A stretch of 62,320 nt of DNA, filler included, from Catajapyx aquilonaris (lineage: Eukaryota): the NCBI GenBank assembly GCA_000934665.2. It is 2 parts of 2 records of this genome, joined end to end, with 100 filler letters (N's around TTAATTAATTAA, not from the genome) between each part and the next. Parts side by side here need not be neighbours in the genome. Positions count along the whole stretch, not along the records: positions 1 to 31,094 come from JYFJ02004585.1; 1 more part is not named here. The stretch is one strand, 5' to 3'. How positions within the stretch are numbered: position 1 is the first letter of the stretch; every line of letters begins with the position of its first letter. This document shows, piece after piece, positions 1 to 26,329 of this stretch. The notes below the pieces were generated by a model that worked only from the letters and a program-made list of their open reading frames with translations, made no database searches and was not told the origin of the DNA. The position numbers and the translations under genes were made by a program.

Positions 1-97
1 CTAGTGAAACCCCTGGGGCATATGTCGGGGCCTCCGTACGGATTTTCATAGCGAATAACAGGAGAGACAGACATACGTCTAGAAATATGTATTAGAT

Positions 98-1355
98 AAT
101 CCATTGGCAATTAGGAAAGGCTTATGGCTAATGAAAGAATATTTAGAAACAAACGAACTTAAAGTAAATGTGTCAAAAACTAAAATAGTGGTGTTCAGAA
201 AGGGAGAGAGAGAATCCTCAAAAGACCATTTTTATTGGGATAAACCAAAAATAGTCGGTATCGGAATATAAATATTTAGGCATTCCGTTCGAGATGACGA
301 CTCAATCAGCGAGGGCAGCACAATATTTTAGAAATAGAGGATTTGCTTCCACAAACACAATTTGGCCATTATTAACTAAATTAAAAGTAAGAGATATAAG
401 AGTAGCATTTAAATTACTGGATGCTAAGATAATACAGACGGTGCTATATGCAGCCAGTTTCTGGGCATTAGATAGACAGGCAGAAATAGAGAGAGTCCAG
501 ACGCATTTTATTAAAAAATTCCTGGCACTACCCCGGAGTACGGCAGGATATTTTACAAGATTAGAAACAGGAAGGAGAAACTTAACTGTTAATAATATTT
601 AAGCAACTAGGGGTTTATAATAAGCACAATGACCCAGCCAGATGACAGATGGACAAAAAAAGCATTAAAATGGGCACTAGATTCAGAACTAGAGATTAGA
701 TGGATGAAACAGGTGAGAGAATAATTATTATTTTGGAGGGGTGGATTTGCTTGGAGAGAATGGCTGAAGGAAAGGGACTACTCAAATACTCAAGCAATAG
801 TTAAAAATATAATATCGACCCAACAACAGGATTTATTAGAAATGCAAGCCTCGTCCAGATACAGTTATTATATCGACTTAGTTCCAGAAAATGATCTAGC
901 ATAGTACTTTCTGTATTCGCTTCCCTTACCAATGCAATGGTTCGATTAATTAGTAACCTTAGAAATTTTACATTAGTATGTTAGGTAAAAGAGTATAAAA
1001 TGAGCTTTCCACTAGAGACGACATGCACCTTATGCAATTATGACGAGAACTGGTCAATATATCATATAATATATGAATGTCCCTTTTTCAAATCGATAAG
1101 GATGCCCAACTTAATACAAATTCCCAAAGTACCAAAGGATAAAGTGCATACGTACTTTATTTGGATCAATGCCACTACAGGCTGTACAAATTCTGTATAA
1201 TTTTTTTGTAGTGATAGTGAAGTATCTTAAGTTTTGCGACATTGTATTGTAATTAAAGGAATTGCAGCGAAAGTTGATGTATGAGTGTATAACAGAGAAG
1301 ACTCCCGGAAACACAAAGTGTAAGGGAAATAAACTACTTACTTACTTACTTACTA
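98..1355 (+). mobile_element. Degenerate 5'-truncated non-LTR retrotransposon (LINE) 3' end
   Basis: RT C-terminal motifs LKVNVSKTKIVVF and YKYLGI, IERVQTHFIKKFL, C-terminal CTLC...H...C finger, AATAAA then (TACT)n tail at 1334-1355; frames broken by stops. Confidence 0.85.
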
Positions 1356-1655
1356 TATTTCTTATACAGGCTTTTAAAAAACCTTCACCATTGTTTCCTT
1401 TTTCTTAGCCCATTCAACTAGTGAGAATACTTCTTGGTTAAAATTTTAAAGCCTAATATGAATTTGCCACATTAATAACCTCCATCTGCATATATCGTCG
1501 GTGTTAAGGAGAAAGGGCAAATAGACTATTTTAGAAATTGTACAGGAGAGCTAATAATAGGTTTAAAATGACCCTCACAAATCGCAGTATCACTGTATAA
1601 GCTCAAAATTTTTGGATTGCATTGGAGCAGTGCATTGGTGTACTTTGGCGGTCAC

Positions 1656-1804
1656 TAATGTATGGAAAATGAGAGAACGATCTGACGTCAAGGTTTCCAT
1701 GGAAACACCCTCACAGAACAATATGAGTAAATATGAGTGTCAACAAAAAGGAACAATGGAAGAAACGATCGATGTCAGATCGTTTTCTCGTTTTCCGTAC
1801 ATTA
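1656..1804. mobile_element. Small palindromic MITE-like element
   Basis: ~30-bp imperfect terminal inverted repeats (aatgtatggaaaatgagagaacgatctgac / gtcagatcgttttctcgttttccgtacatt). Confidence 0.65.
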
Positions 1805-2728
1805 TTAGAAAATTATTAAATTGATTTAAGTGTAATAAATTTAATGGATATTCGCCCTTCTTCCTAAATTGTTAGAAGTGGAAAGTCCAATAATAAAAAC
1901 TCACCTGAAAATGATATTACAGCGGTTCCATGTGGTGCCTCTGCATAAATTGCACGGTGTTATGCAATAATGGATATACCCACAAAAATGACATAACTGA
2001 GTTAAGCCCAGGAACATAGCCTACACTCCAAGGATTATTTCATTGTTAAAATCAACGTGTTTAAATATGCTTTTCTGCCACGAATGACCAAAAAAACACA
2101 CACTGATTTAATTTCACAGGCATGACCTTCAAAGCCCATTTTCTCAAAGCTGTTCTCATGTGGGTTGACTCGTTATTGCATAACACCATCCAATTATGCT
2201 CCCTTTAGAAGGTGAATTTTAAAATGCCATAAAATCTGCCATTCTGCTCATCGCTACATAATGCCAGGATTATGCTACCAATTCATTATGTTATTGATAT
2301 ACGTATTTCCCTCACATTCAAAATCTTCACTGATAAAAATGATACTAATGATAATTTTAAATAATTTAATTGATAAGAATGAGGATAATTATGATCCCAT
2401 TATTATAGGCCTATGAGAATACAATGAGGACCGTGGAAAGTTTTTAAATCCTTGTCAAAACTTACTGGATCTATACATATGTATTAATATTAATGTATTT
2501 GTTGTTTTAAATTTTACACACCTCGTTGTGGGGCCGTAATTATTTATTAGTATAAATACTACTGTTACAGTAGCAATTTCCTCTCACTAAGCTGTTAAAC
2601 TAGCAGTTGCATTTCAAAAGTTACGTTTAGCGATTTAAGATCTATAAAAAAACATTAGTTTTCATCATTAAGCTGAATCAACCCATCTTATTTTACCACA
2701 TTGTGGGTCTTATCTGTGAAAAAATATA

Positions 2729-3115
2729 TGTGCAGGTACTCTAATTACCGGGCTTCTAATAATGAACTATTACAAGTAGCCGTGATGCAATCGCTACTAG
2801 GCGATCTTTGACCAGGAGATGGGAGAAGAGAGGTGAGCACAATGGCGGACACAGGTCGACGGGAGTGAGTTGGTGATCCTTGTTGTGAGAAGTAGAGCGG
2901 TTGTATTCCCATCCGTGTGAGTCGACCTGACCCGCCGTTGTGACCAGAGAGACTCGGGGGCAACGCGCTGGTGAGTGTCATGATCAGGTCGTGTGCTGCG
3001 TTTGCTTTCGCCCTTTCTTCTTTTACTTGTGGTTTGCTACCTAGTAATAGTTGTGATCTATGTATGACAGGCCTGTTCAGGCAGTGAGGTAGCACGTACT
3101 GGAGTACCTGCCACA
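2729..3115. mobile_element. Probable LTR of an LTR retrotransposon
   Basis: TG...CA ends with inverted termini TGTGCAGGTACT / AGTACCTGCCACA, ~390 bp, higher GC than flanks; no clear TSD. Confidence 0.5.
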
Positions 3116-3257
3116 ATTGGAAGTGAAGACGAAGAATTATTAGGTGTGTTGGTGGTGTTCAAAAGCGTTGGCATCAGTACGCGGACTTCCTCCTGCTGGA
3201 TGTAAGATGCCTGGGTTCATGTTAACGGTTAACGTTATGGAGTGGAATTTTCGTTGT

Positions 3258-3330
3258 ACTGCTAGTTGCTGCTAACTTAGCAGTGTCAATGCACTACACT
3301 GGTACTGCTAAGTTAGCAGTAACTAGCAGT
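3258..3330. repeat. Short inverted repeat (27-bp arms)
   Basis: actgctagttgctgctaacttagcagt ... actgctaagttagcagtaactagcagt. Confidence 0.8.
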
Positions 3331-4653
3331 GCGACACCCATGGAATTAGAAGGTACAGTTATGTCAAAACCTCTGGGGCAGTAGGGGGAGTAAGTAGTAG
3401 GATTGGTACTTACATCCAGAGGGAGGAAGTCCAAGTACTGATTTTCATGCCAACACTTTTGAACACAAGGGTGACACCTGATAATTTTAACATGACTGTA
3501 TACCTTTGAATGCCTAGACCCTAGTGTTAAATCAACCATCTTAAAGTGCCATATCTTTGATAATACAATCCAAATGTCGCTGGATGAACCACTGGGTGGG
3601 AAGTTACACGAGCGGAGGGTCTTCGTATTATTTTCCTGATAATTCTCTGGTCTCTGATTGAAAGCCGTGCCAATTAACCCAGACATACCAAGCATCCCAT
3701 ATAGGGGACACCTGCATAGTTGTTACATTATCATTTTTTTGTGCAGGTTCTTTTGCTGCTAAAGAGCTGGAAGTAGTCACGCGTGCTTCAGTAGAGCCCC
3801 AGCTAACGATACCAGTTCAAACCTGCTCAATATTGCGTCAGATTTTTAAGATACTGGTGTTTGAATTTTAACGAAGGAAATAATGGCTGCACCTTCATGT
3901 TCCGAATATGATTAGTAATTAATTTTCGAATATTGATTAGTGATATGAGTTATTTATTGTTTGTAATAGGCTACTTAGAAAACTTATGAATGATCAGGTT
4001 GATGGGAAAATATATGCATATTTTTTACTTTCCTTGTTTGAGAGTAGTGTTGAAAAGAGGCAAATGCACCCACATTTGGACAAGTAAACTATGTGTGTGG
4101 ATTTTGTATGCTTTGTTGCACTGTATTATAATGAATCCATATTTTAATTAAAACGAGATTACATGGCAATAATGCTTGAATGTTGTTGATTGTTACTCAA
4201 TTACAACCCCTTCTTTGCACGGCCTGTTTCTGTGGTAATGCAATAGACAACAATCAATCATTGGTGATATTATGAAGCTATGGATATTGCTGAATGTCAC
4301 TGTTGCCATGGTAATGTAATCAACAACTAATATAGCCATACTAGGTTACATTTTCCTAGCATCCCATAATTATAGGGAATAGCCATTTTCTCGTAAACAA
4401 GCATTCAGAAAAATGTTTTATATCGATTTTCGTGTTTTGGGAACTAACATGAACTAATGTAAACAATAAAAGTTCAAAAATTCAACAAAAACTTTTCCCA
4501 GCATATCTGGGTTAAGAAGTGCTATCATTTATTAGTATTATAAATACCTTATGGAAAGTCATGGTGACATTTACTCATCTTCCGATCCAAGATTTATGAT
4601 ATGCAACTGTATGTACAGATTACTAATGCTGACTGTATTTGTTGATTTGATGA

Positions 4654-4654
<1 letters not shown>

Positions 4655-4709
<55 letters not shown>
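4655..4709. repeat. (ATT)n microsatellite
   Basis: Direct reading. Confidence 0.95.
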
Positions 4710-4710
<1 letters not shown>

Positions 4711-4806
4711 ATATTCAGTGTCTGTCGTCTGAGGTGGGCAGGAGTGGGGGGTGGGACAGGTTTTTAGGTTTATTTTCACAAGTTTTAATTATTAGTTCAT
4801 ATTATG

Positions 4807-4877
4807 TTGGGTTTGCTTGCGTCTCCCTTCATCGCTGACTACCCCTCATAGGGAAATGTGATGTTGATGATGATGAT
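4807..4877 (+). mobile_element. ~70-bp retroposed fragment with (GAT)n tail
   Basis: Near-identical reverse copy at 51369-51444. Confidence 0.7.
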
Positions 4878-4880
4878 TGG

Positions 4881-4881
<1 letters not shown>

Positions 4882-4938
<57 letters not shown>
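4882..4938. repeat. (TTA)n microsatellite
   Basis: Direct reading. Confidence 0.95.
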
Positions 4939-4939
<1 letters not shown>

Positions 4940-5037
4940 ATACTTGCCACACTTTTTTGCACTCCCACACTAGCAGAGTGCAGTGAGAAGTACAGGAACT
5001 TATTTTCATCATAAAATTACAGGTTGTACAATTGTGA

Positions 5038-18058
<13,021 letters not shown>

Positions 18059-18527
18059 TTTTGTTCTTGGTACCCACGCCTATCAAAACAGGTGCAACTT
18101 TTTCACCAGACCATGTGGACACGTTGAGTGTGAAAGCTGGACTCAATAAGGAAATGTTCTGCCCCATGTAAACAGGTTTAGAGATCATTGCTACAACCTT
18201 GATCTTACACCTAGGATAGATGCAGTATGTTGGTAACACTTGTGATGATCACGTTCACAAAATGTTTGTAGTAAGGTCGATTGTAGGATGTCATTTGCAG
18301 TTAGGGATCATTTATGTTCAACCTAGCATTTTAAAATGTGTTTCTCGTAATTTCTTATTTGACTTCACATGGTTAGAAAGATATATATGAGGGGTACTGA
18401 ACCAGTTTTATTTTTTTACCTAACCATGAAACAATGAACTTGCAAGCATGCAAAATAAATAGGCACATATTGCCAACCACGAAACATGCCCTTATGAAGT
18501 GCTACAAAAATTGCATCAGCATGTTAA

Positions 18528-19515
18528 GGGCCAATTGCACGCACCTGCTCCTAGGAGCACTCCTATGTAGGGGCGCCTTACGGGTAACAGCGCTCCTAGG
18601 AGGCCGATGGTTGTACCAACCCAAACTAGGAGGCATCCTACGTACGGGCCTTCCTTCCCTTGTTATCGGGCAGTCGCACCTGGTTTCCACACCCATCTTA
18701 ATGAACTGGTTATTTATTAATAAATTAACTGTTCTTACATGCATTAAAATAATATTACACAGCTGGAGAATATGTTTTATACTCTTAAAAACATAAATTA
18801 GCTTATTTAGTCATTCACGTGGTCATGCATGATGCAATCCCAGCAGGCAGGTTTTGGGCCAAGGCGGGCCAAGGCAAGGAGCCCGACTAGGCCAAAGAAT
18901 GTAGCAATTTTTAGTGAGGCTGAGAAAAATTTAATCTTGGGTAGCGCTGTTTAATTTTATCACCCACATTTCTGGCTTGCCATCGAAACATTCACGAAGT
19001 AATTTGGATGAAAAATGGCCAAGATAGCAGAGGTGGGCAATATACTTAATTATGATTGCCGAAATGGTAATTTCTAAATTTCAAATATATGGTTAGATAG
19101 ACAAAGATTTGCACTATCCAGAGTTCACATGAAAACTTTTGTGGCCTCCGGTAAGTGTCAAATAAAAAACTTTTTCTGCATAACGTCTGCAACGTATCAA
19201 AAAATGACACCTTTCCACCTTTTTGGGATAAAAAATTACACAAAGAAGATCGGAAAGCAACTTGCACATATCCTACGAGGATTGAAACAAGCTTTCGAAT
19301 GATATCTAACATGATTTTTTTGTATCATCTGCCTAGGAGATGTTTCGAATCAAACATCGGGCTCAATGGATTAGGGAGTGCTCCCAGCTCGGTAGGAGTG
19401 GGTCCGGGTACTCCTAGGAGGGAGGATCACTCCTAGCCCCTAGGAGGGGTTGGTGCAATGAAATTCCTTCCTAGCAGTGCTCCCACCTCCTAGGAATGGT
19501 TCGTGCAATCGGCCC
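18528..19515. mobile_element. PIF/Harbinger-type non-autonomous element
   Basis: TAA TSD, TIR GGGCCAATTGCACG / CGTGCAATCGGCCC, subterminal CCTAGGA repeats. Confidence 0.85.
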
Positions 19516-21361
19516 TAAGAGTGGTGAACATTTGAAGATGATCATACCCAGTATAATAAGGACCTAGACAAGCTGGAGTAGTACACCATGAAGTTCTTGT
19601 TAGAGGAAGAGAAATGCCATTGAAACCATTAAAGGATTGTGGCTATTTACATTTTTAAAAACTTCCTGGATAATTCTCTCAGTGCTTCATGTTTTCCGTG
19701 TTTTCCAGAGCACAAGTGACTCGTACCTCCTTTCATACAGCCATCTGCATATGGAGTACCTAAATCTAATTGACATTTGGCATGCAGTGAATGATGTACA
19801 TCATACTTTCGGTAGAAATGGGGACCACCTGCACAATCTGACGGACCTTGATTTGCCAGACCTCTAGCATTGGAGCTTTCACATCCACATTTGATGCCTT
19901 CACCGGGGGTTGCTTTTCTAGTGCCTCCCCCACTTGAACTGCTTGTTCTAGTAGTGTATCTCAGTGGAGCATCATGGCAAGTAGTGACCATCCCCGAATG
20001 AACCTGAGGTGACACTTTCCCTCCCCTGCCAAAAGTTCATTACGGCTCACCAGGTCCTGTTTCCAGCTCCATTATTAAACCTGATTAGGTCACTTCCTCA
20101 CATCTTTTACACTACTTCAAACTACTGAAGCAAATTTTGTATGATTACATTGGGGCAAATTTTGTGGTTAGGAATGTGTCTGTAAATATTCATGTGTACT
20201 GCTTTATTGCTTCATGTTCAGGGACAAAAAACAACAACTTCTGAACACTGACTTGTCATATACCATGCTTTTTAGTGATTTAGTTACCTTCATGTGATAC
20301 AAAGATTCTATAAGTTTAGAATTCCTGATGGAATTTTAATGTGATGGTCGACTAAGTGACACATCAAAGAGAAGTGTACTTTTATTTGATGACTTTCACA
20401 TGCTGATAAGGAAATTAACTAATCAAGTATTTCAATATTCATGGCATTTTCAATTTATTGCAATGGACACGAAATAACTGAGCATTTGGCATATGTTGCT
20501 GGTATTTATTTTTGGAGGACTAAAAGTCATTAATACATGGGATAATACATTGTTATCCTGTTTTCAGGTTTTTGGTGCTGCAAGTAGGGTATATGAAGGG
20601 TGATAGAGAAATAATGAGTGTGCTTTTTTTTTTTTGGGAAAATCTTCACACATGGCAGTATAGGTTGAGAGATGTTTTTCTCCTACGTTTTTCGTGTCAT
20701 TAGCCAGTAGGCTGTGACATAATAAGAGATCTTTGAGGTTCTTGAAACTTTCCTTCCATAACTGAATGTTTTCCAAGATGTGAATTTGTTTTTTGATCAA
20801 GATATTTTTCTGGTCGATGAGTAAATGCCTAAGACATGTTAGTTGATATGGCAGGGGTGCTTGCCAACATGTAGCCAAGGTCATGTGTTTGTATTGATTT
20901 ATCTTCTAAAACCTCTCTGTGTTTCAGCCTTATTGAAAAGTGAAAAATTATGGGCACTTTCAATTTATTTTGTCTTGAAGTGAGTTGGCAATAATCTCAT
21001 GTGACTTGGAATGATTTCAATTAGGCGTAACAATTCCAGTTATAACAAAAAGAGATCAGATCAATAAATGTTGCTTGATAAGCAACATATCTATCTATGG
21101 CAATAAATTACAGTGATAATTGTATGTGAAGACTGCACAGTCATAGTGAGAATTATTACTGTTGCTGGGTCAGATTCGAGTAACTGCTCTTTATGCAGAC
21201 TAACTCGATTTTGGGCTTCAGCAGACTCTCTCGACCAGGGATTACTCAACCCCATGATCTGTGTGCAGATATTCATTGTAGGTATGGGCCGTAGTAGTCA
21301 TCCAACTGATTGACAAACTTGCTTAATATCAGCAAGTACCAATCTGGGACAACTGAAGAGC

Positions 21362-24117
21362 CGGCGGGGGACAGGAGGCTACAGCCGTGCCATGGATTGG
21401 GCGGTGGACACGAGACTGGACATCATCTGCTTTCAGGAGCCCTACGTGCTCTCCCTAAACAACAGGCTGGCCGCCCGCACTTGGGCCACGGGCAATTTGA
21501 AGGTGGCGTTGGCGGTCTTCCATTCCGGTCTCCGGATTGCACGGGATTCTGCTCCGTGCACTCGCTACACCGGGGTCTTCCAGGTGGCTGGCACGGGCCG
21601 AGAGTTCACTCTGGTGGTGGTTTACTTGCCACCAAGTGGGAATTTCTCTGTAGGTCTGGGCCACCTGGAGGCCGTCATGCATGCAACCCGTGGTGCCTTG
21701 TTGGTGGTTTGTGATTTCAACGGCTGTTCAGAGTGCTGGGGCGACGTGGAGGAGAACAACAGAGGTGTTTGGGTGTTGGAGTGGTCGGCCAGATGGAACA
21801 TGGTGCTGGCGAACGACCCGGATGCTTGTCCGACTTACTCCTTCAGTGGACAGGAAAGTCGTATTGACCTGACCTGGACGAGGGCGTTGCACGTGACCAA
21901 TTGGAGGCTGGAGAACGGGCTCTTCCTCGGAGATCACCAGAGGATCTCCCTCGAACTTGCCGATGCTGGAGGGCCTCCCCCCGTTCTGCGGTGGATCACG
22001 TCCAGAGCGGACTGAGACAATTTCCGTAACGCACTCGCGGAGTGGACCCGCGACAGGCAACTGGAGGGTGCAGGAGGAGGAGGCAACGGCGTTCCAGGAC
22101 ACTTGCGTGCGACTGGCGGAGGACTACATTCCTCAAGCGACGGTGCAGCCATGGAAGTAGTTGACCTGGACCGCAGAGCTGAGCTCCAGGAGAGAGGCAC
22201 GGGCGGGTGTGGCAGTGGGCTCAGCTGGACGATACCGAATGGGCTAAGAAGGCTGCCAGGGAATTCCAGAGGCTGAGGCGGGCCTACAAATGGGCCATAC
22301 GGGCTCATAAGCGGGAATCATGGCCAGATACTGCGAGCGTCATTCGGAAAGGGATCCTTTCTCACTGCCTTATCGGATCCTGCGAGGCAACGTGGGAATG
22401 GACGTCGGCGGGGAGAGTCTTCCCGTCATCGTGGAAGAGGTGCCTGCTGGCCTGGATCCCCAAGGGACAGGATGGAGCCGTTCGATCAATCTGCTTGGCT
22501 CCTGCCCTGGGACGGGTCCTAGACAGGATCGTGAACAACAGACTGGCCTACGTCATGGAGCGGGATGGCTGGGTGGACGACTGTCAGTTCGGCTTCAGGA
22601 GGCAACGCGGAGTGGAGGAGGCGTTGGAATGCTTGGTGGGGAGGCTGGACTCGGTGGTGGCAAGAGGTCTACTGGCGTTGGTCCTCACCTTGGATGTCCA
22701 GAACGCCTTCAACAGCATCTTGCATGGACGGATTGTCGCCGCTCTGAGGGAGCGAGCCTGCCCACCTAGGCTGGAGCGCATCATCCGTGGTTTCCTGGGG
22801 CTGAGCAGTGCCGGCTCAAGGCATTTTTGCGCCCTAGGCAAGGCGAACTATGTGCCCCCCCCCTGCCTGTTTTTGTTTTCTCTTTTTGTCCAGAGGTCGG
22901 GGGAGGTCAGATAAATTAATGTACAAATGCAAATTTGTGCAAATTTTTTTTGCAATTTCTCCTCTTGATTATTCCCGTATCCTCCTTTATTTTTAAGCAA
23001 TTTCCTTTTCTCCAACTATCATATCTTTTTGGGCTCTCTATACTCCTACAAGTTTTAGGCTATACTGTATATACTGGTAATACAAGTGATGATAATTATA
23101 CAAGTGATAAAAATGTCGTATCCAGTTTCATCCATATTGCGCAATACAGTGGGGAAGGAAAAAATCGACCAAATTTGGAAAGGGCTAAAAATGAGGCCTT
23201 CTTTGCATATTTATTTTCGGTTAGTGGAAGTGGTCAAACTCCAATAAACACATCATCAAAAGAAAGAGGAAGACGAGCAGGATGCGCCTATGGAATTAGT
23301 TTTGCTCTAAAGTATGACCAGAATAATGTGTGGCATTCCCTATGCCACATGTCCAAGAATTTGGGTCCTTGAAAATTAATGGTATATCTGCGAAACAACT
23401 CTCCGAGAGGTTTCATCTGCTGCCGGATGCGTGTGGCGCATGCCGGTGTGGTGAGGGAAGCCAGGACGCATCGCACGTCCTGCGGGACTGTCTGCTGCAG
23501 GAGGTGGAATGGTGTCGGGCAGCCCTTCTGAGGGACGCCGTCTGCAGCGGGTGCGGCTGGCCTTGCTCCGGGGAGGTGCTGTTAACAGGTTCTTCCTGGC
23601 AGTCATACGGCACTTGGCGACGCAACGGCGGCAGAGTGGGTGTTGCTGGTGGTCAGGGCGGAGACGGAGGTCGTCGCGGGGAACACTGGGGGCGATGAAA
23701 GTTATATGGGTCGGAGCCTGGGATGGAGTAGGAGGAAGAGGGAGACACAGAGGAGATGACAGGGTACGGCTGGGGACCAGAGCGGGCCCCAATTTATCTG
23801 ACGGGACCTTTCCCTTTGGGGCTCGATGGAGGGCTGGGTGACCAGGCAGAAGTCGAGAGGCCTATCAGATGAGATTGGGGCGAGCTCCGGACCTTACAGG
23901 TTCGGGACTTGATCGTGGGACGGGCAGCTCCTCTGGGGGGTCGTCCCGATGGTCGAGTCTCGACCCTATGACGGCTTGGGTTCGATTCGGAAGCGAACGG
24001 GTGGTCCGCCCCCGGTGGACCACGATGGAAGGGACTTAGAGTGATGATATAGGCCCTATCTGGGACCCGGGGTTTAATGACCTACATGGTCGGGAATAAC
24101 CCCGTTAATATCTGACT
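21362..24117 (+). mobile_element. 5'-truncated, internally deleted non-LTR retrotransposon, probably R1 clade
   Basis: APE endonuclease (DIICFQEPY, DFN, SRIDLT, DHQRI), RT start (QFGFR, LDVQNAFN), C-terminal CRC...H...C finger near 23440-23490, GC-rich 3' UTR; 11-bp TSD AACTGAAGAGC at 21351-21361 and 24118-24128. Confidence 0.88.
22806..23380. mobile_element. AT-rich insertion with hAT-MITE-like left end, replacing the RT core of the LINE
   Basis: Starts CAGTGCCGGCTC...GCGCCCTAGG (similar to the 12595 element); abrupt GC drop; right end unclear. Confidence 0.6.
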
Positions 24118-25090
24118 AACTGAAGAGCTGAAAGGGAACATCAACCATTGGATTGTGGTAATTCCAGTCATGCGCTCACAGCACATTTTTTCCAATGTAT
24201 GTGGTCAGGTACAAAGTGTTCAAAATGCGTTAAATTTCAGCTCGTGGCAACTCAGACCTGCTCACCAAGGCTCATTTCCTCACTCAGTTTACATGTGACA
24301 TTTGCTGCCCATTTCTGGGCCTTGTTGGTAATCCCTTCGTGATCTGAAAGGCCTCAATAGAATATGACTGTGATTTCAATATCAATGTATAAGGTTCAGC
24401 GCAGCATTTTGTGTTATTTAAAAATGCTTTATGAGTTACATAAAATCAACTTGTGTATATTGTTGCGGAATAATCCCCTCACCTAAGTTGGGGACTGGAT
24501 GTAGAAGCAGCAACCTCACATGTGCTGGGTTCCTTGCAAAAAGCAACAGTGATGTAACTCTACAAAGACATTCTTTAGATATATGGATGTGACATGGATT
24601 TTGGAGCACCCAATGGACTGCAACTAGGGCTGTCTGGAGGTAATGGGGCCCTCAGCAATGGAAGGACAATCATCATTTCTTCTGTTTAAATATTTTTTTA
24701 AAGTTCTGAAGCAAACAATGTTTGATTTAAAAACAATAATTTTTGCAGCCTTTGAGCCCTGACAGCTGCCAGTTGGCTCCAGCATGCTCTAGCTAGACTT
24801 CAATGTACATTTCGATAGGTCATACGAATACTCAAACTTGCTGATTGCCTCATCCTTTATCCGAAGTTTTGAAGCTTTACCAACTTGATGACTCAGTTTT
24901 ATACCCTACCACAGAAACCACATGGTTGAAAAATTTCATGTTTATGTAAATAAGAGCACATAAGACCACAATAAGAGACAATTAAAATCATTGTACCCTT
25001 ATACAAAAACTTATTACTTTTGCACTGCCTCCATCATACTGTTTTGAGCAGGGAGGAGGGGGGCAAAAGAGAGGGTTGAATAGACCATGT

Positions 25091-26292
25091 CTATTTATGG
25101 GGAGATTCAGGAGAAGGCTCAGGAGACACGTCCAACAGCTCGGAAGTTTCTATCAACAACTGCTTCTTGGGCCTCTTCACACCTGGAGATGTCACACCAT
25201 TCTGCTCTGATGACCCCTGATTCCCCTGAGCTGATCCTCCTCGACCCCCGGTGCTGGGAGTCCGCTTTCTGGTGGCCTTGTCTTTTTCAGTGTTACCAGT
25301 CTGGTTGGAGGGGGTATTGGGACTGGACTTGGATTTAGGACCTTTCCTCTGGTTCCCAGGGTGTCTCATGCCCTTCAGTTGTATCACCTCAGCTTCCAGT
25401 TTTGTTATGTCCGTGCGGAGGCTGTTAGCTACTCCTTCCCAGTTTGTGTTGACTGCATTCAGCATCTAGAAGGTGGAATGATATTTAGAAAACTTGAGCA
25501 ATAAACCATACATTATACGTGGTGGCAGGAGTAGTATCGCAGGGTGAAATTTTATGTTCTTCTATTTGAACATGTTGCTTGGGTAAACAATGCACAATGT
25601 CTTGCCTGCATCCATATTTCTGGATTGTGGCCTTGGACAATGCACCACCTTATACAGCAGTGCTTTCCAATCTTTTTTCGTTGGAGACCCCAAAATAGTG
25701 TCTCGTAAAATTCACGACCCGCTAGATGTGCAAATTTTTATTCACCAACATGAAAAGATAGGTAAACAGTGAAATAAAAATCATTGACAACTATTGTGGC
25801 GTATCTGAATTGTTCTGTAACTTACCTTATGGGCATAATTTTCAAGAGAATCATTTTATGGAAATAATCTCCCTCGCTACCCCAAATATTGAATTCGTGA
25901 ACCCATTTGGGATCGCAACCCACAGTTTGGGAAGCCCTGTTATATTACAGGGTGTTTCAAGTACTATGTTAGTACTTTTAGTTATATGCAATTTTCACTC
26001 GAAGCTGGTTTTTTAAAATAAAGCTTGTTGCACCCCAATCCATGCAGGTTCCCTATTCTATAGCAACTGCTGCCTTTGACCACCTGGGAGTAGTGGGGCA
26101 TCTGAATCAGGGTGCATATAGTGTTACTAGTTACACAAAAATAACTACTTCAAGTGATACTAGTCATAACTGAAAATGACCCACAAACTTGGAACACCCT
26201 GTATAAAATAATATGTAGAGCAAATCATGTACTATACATGACAGATGTCTGACAGGCACTATAATATTATGAAGACCAGGGGGGGGGAGAGA

Positions 26293-26329
<37 letters not shown>

